Shown here: positions 38,114 through 40,819 of the stretch, piece after piece
Layout: each line of letters starts with the position of its first letter
Position numbering within the stretch: the first letter of the stretch is position 1
NCBI RefSeq assembly: GCF_001194135.2
Contig: NC_069000.1
Location: 16,152,396 to 16,193,214 of the forward strand
DNA from: Octopus bimaculoides
Taxonomy: Eukaryota
DNA: 40,819 nt
Reading direction: 5' to 3'
Notes under the pieces: model-generated
Seen by the model: the letters and a program-made list of their open reading frames with translations, nothing else
Database searches by the model: none
Told to the model about the DNA's origin: nothing
Program-made: the position numbers and the translations under genes

Positions 38114-38269
38114 TCACACATGAACACAGACACACAAGTACACACGATCGCGCGCACGCGCGCACACACACACATGTATACACTCTTTCGGTTCTCTCTT
38201 GATTCTTCACTAAAGATCGGTTTTTTCATAGGAGGTAGGTACCTCAGAATAGAGCGTGTCTCTCCTCAT

Positions 38270-39050
38270 AGGTGTACATTTCGAAGGTTTTAATGATTTT
38301 TGAATTGTTTTTATTCGGAGTGTTCATTATTCCATATGTTTTTGAAAACGTCTGCCTGCCTCCAGTGTTTAGTTCCCATAATATTGTTGCGAAGAGTGAA
38401 TTCCTATTCATTTGGGTTCTTGCTATTACTGTTCTTCATGACTCTCAATGTTTACACTGGGTGTGGTTGGGGGAATGAGAGAGTTCTTCGATCCCTTGGC
38501 TAGTTCCTAACAACGAAGAGAGAATTATCAATTTTGATGACTTCCATGTTGTATTTAGTACCACCATATGACCAGCATCTTCCATCATTTGAAGCTGTTG
38601 ATTTTGTTTTTCTTTCAAGTCTTCAGAAAAGAAAGTCTTGAAGTGGATCTATCTGCCACGTGTTTGTTAGCCAATCTCTCTGCCCTAAATGATGAGCTTT
38701 AAGTTCTTCTTCTCATTCGTTTCTGCCATACACAAATTTGATATCGTTTTGTGATTTTGCAGAGTTCTGAGAAATTACTCCCAACCACATATCATCGAAA
38801 TTTAGGTCGGCACGGAGAAACGTGCCAATATTATTCAACGAAAGTTAGTACGAGCCAGGTCTCAAAGTCACCAGCAGTGTCCTTGATGGTGTCTTTGTTT
38901 TCTCATCCCTGAATATTGTGGGGTAAGATTATAGGCGGGTGTGACTCGTATATTTTGGGTTTGCGTCCTCTATTCTGAAGATGACATTTAAATAGTGTTC
39001 ATACGTCCTCCTCATAATAAAAGGGGTTTCAATTTAAGTGTTGGGCAAAA
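38270..39050 (-). mobile_element. Decayed ORF1/gag-like LINE fragment
   Basis: Frameshifted minus-strand peptides (YNLTPQYSGMRKQR; GRCWSYGG) loosely resemble the 16863-17477 ORF and a zinc knuckle. Confidence 0.35.
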
Positions 39051-39922
39051 CTGCAACCGAATCTACCATAGATGAAACAATTTAAAAAGACTTGACATTA
39101 GGTTTTGGTGAGGCAGAGGTGCGTTAATCTCTTTCTTTATATATATATATATCTTTGTAACTTTGTGACAGATTGTGAAATGGTAGTAACCGTCCTGTGG
39201 ACATAATGTTACAATGCTTTATTTCTTTAATCAAAGTGTTACATAATCAGAGTTTTCTTTTTTGAAATTACACTTGCGAACGATTGAGTTTGCTTAATAA
39301 ACTACACAATATTATTTGAGTATGTAAGTGTTTACTGGTATTCTTTTTGTTGTCTTCAATCGTGCCGTTTGTTATGCTGGTCAACGCCACAATATCATAG
39401 ACTATGGATCTGTTTGAGCAGAATAGACCTGAGGTTAGACAGCTAAAATAAAGAGAAAGTCGACTTCGGTGTAATTCGAACTTATGATATAGCCACGACA
39501 TATTCTGCCTCACGAAGGAGTTTCTATGTGCTAAATAACATCTAACTCTCTCTGAAACGCATTCTGTCGTCTTAGAAAAAGTAAGTTACATTGGACAATG
39601 AAGTCCTACTGATAAAATAAGAGTACTCCCCGCCACCAAAGATTTCCATCCAGTCACACCTTATCATTTAAACAAAATGGCATAACTCTGGCTCAAGCAA
39701 TATGAAATAGGTACTAGTTCATATTTTAAAGTCGATGAGCTAGCAATAGGAAAATATAGCGCGGCCCATATTGACAAATATATAAGAACACTTTCTACAA
39801 AGAAAATCTTTACAAATAAATCGTTATAAAAATTTTTTATACAAAACAACGAGATAAAAGTTATTGACTGAATTTCAGTTCAAGATCGAAATTTGATTCT
39901 AACTCTCGATTGTAGCTCTAGT

Positions 39923-39964
<42 letters not shown>

Positions 39965-39965
<1 letters not shown>

Positions 39966-40410
39966 TTTGCTTTGATTTCACTTCCCAGTTTGGAAGAAAA
40001 AACTGTATTAAAACATCAAGCATAGTGTTTCGAAATACTATTTTGTTTTTAATTCATTATAATTTATTCTAGGAAATCTGCCGCCAACAATCGGACACAC
40101 AGATAATGCAGGTATATTTTATCGTTTACCTTTTGCTTCTTTCACTTATTTCACCGTGGCCATGCTAGATCGTTACTCTAAAGGGTTTTCGTCGAACAAA
40201 TCGACACCAGTGCTTATTGTAACAATCCCTTCTGCCGAACTGAAAAGCTACGAGTATGTAAACAAACCAACACTGGTTCTCAAGTGATTGTGGGGAACGA
40301 ATGATAAGACACATACATACATACATACATACATACATAGGCTCTCTCTTTATCTCTTTATTTTTTCTCTCTCTCTCTCTCTCACACACACACATACACA
40401 CATACACACA
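39965..40410 (+). repeat. Local duplication unit 2 carrying mini-exon 2 and a decayed SINE
   Basis: Aligns with 37644-38110. Confidence 0.85.
40073..40111 (+). CDS. Gene C candidate 39-nt mini-exon 2 (GNLPPTIGHTDNA)
   Basis: tttattctag acceptor, CAG|gtatat donor, same length and phase as 37751-37789, with homologous flanking introns. Confidence 0.55.
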
Positions 40411-40450
40411 CAATATAAATGTTACCTTCTTTACTATGTATGTATATATT

Positions 40451-40765
40451 TTGTTGGTACTCCGTGGCTTACGACGTCGAGGGTTCCAGTTGATCCGATC
40501 AACGGAACAGCCTGCTCGTGAAATTAACGTGCAAGTGGCTGAGCACTCCACAGACACGAGTACCCTTAACGTAGTTCTCGGGGGTATTCAGCGTGACACA
40601 GTGTGACAAGGCTGGCCCTTTGAATTACAGGCACAACAGAGACAGGAAGTAAGAGTGAGAGAAAGTTGTGGTGAAAGAGTACAGCAGGGTTCACCACCAT
40701 CCCCTGCCGGAGCATCGTGGAGCTTTAGGTGTTTTCGCTGAATAAACACTCACAACGCCCGATTT
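40451..40765 (-). mobile_element. SINE-like interspersed repeat (third family)
   Basis: GC-richer segment with GTGAAATTAACGTGCAAGTGGCTGAGCACTCCACAGACAC, recalled as a common octopus SINE body; not verified. Confidence 0.55.
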
Positions 40766-40819
40766 TTCCCCTCCTCTGAAACTTCTGACATTATTCCAAA
40801 TTTAGGAAGGAATATATCT

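Overview
AT-rich eukaryotic genomic DNA, full of microsatellites, tRNA-derived SINEs, LINE and DNA-transposon debris, with ten N gaps (about 3 kb unseen). The repeat families look like those of Octopus/coleoid cephalopods; this is inferred from recalled SINE sequence, not from a search. Most ORFs in the supplied track are microsatellite or gap artefacts. The real genic content is a head-to-tail array of three paralogous spliced genes on the + strand. Each encodes a signal peptide, a Cys-rich V-like Ig domain and a second Ig-like domain. Gene A is present only as its 3' part (2457-~4160). Gene B is apparently complete (14629-~26250). Gene C starts at 30606 and probably continues past the window end through duplicated 39-nt mini-exons. 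The paralogues share exon layout, an 8-cysteine framework, promoter/5' UTR sequence and intron flanks, yet their proteins are very divergent. This pattern suggests a rapidly diversifying recognition or immune-type family, possibly with secreted and membrane-tethered members. Side observations: a three-copy ~0.5 kb block of unknown nature, a 110-bp loop-less palindrome, a degenerate Penelope-type hammerhead ribozyme, an RT-deleted RLE LINE and a decayed Chapaev-like transposase. No database search was run.
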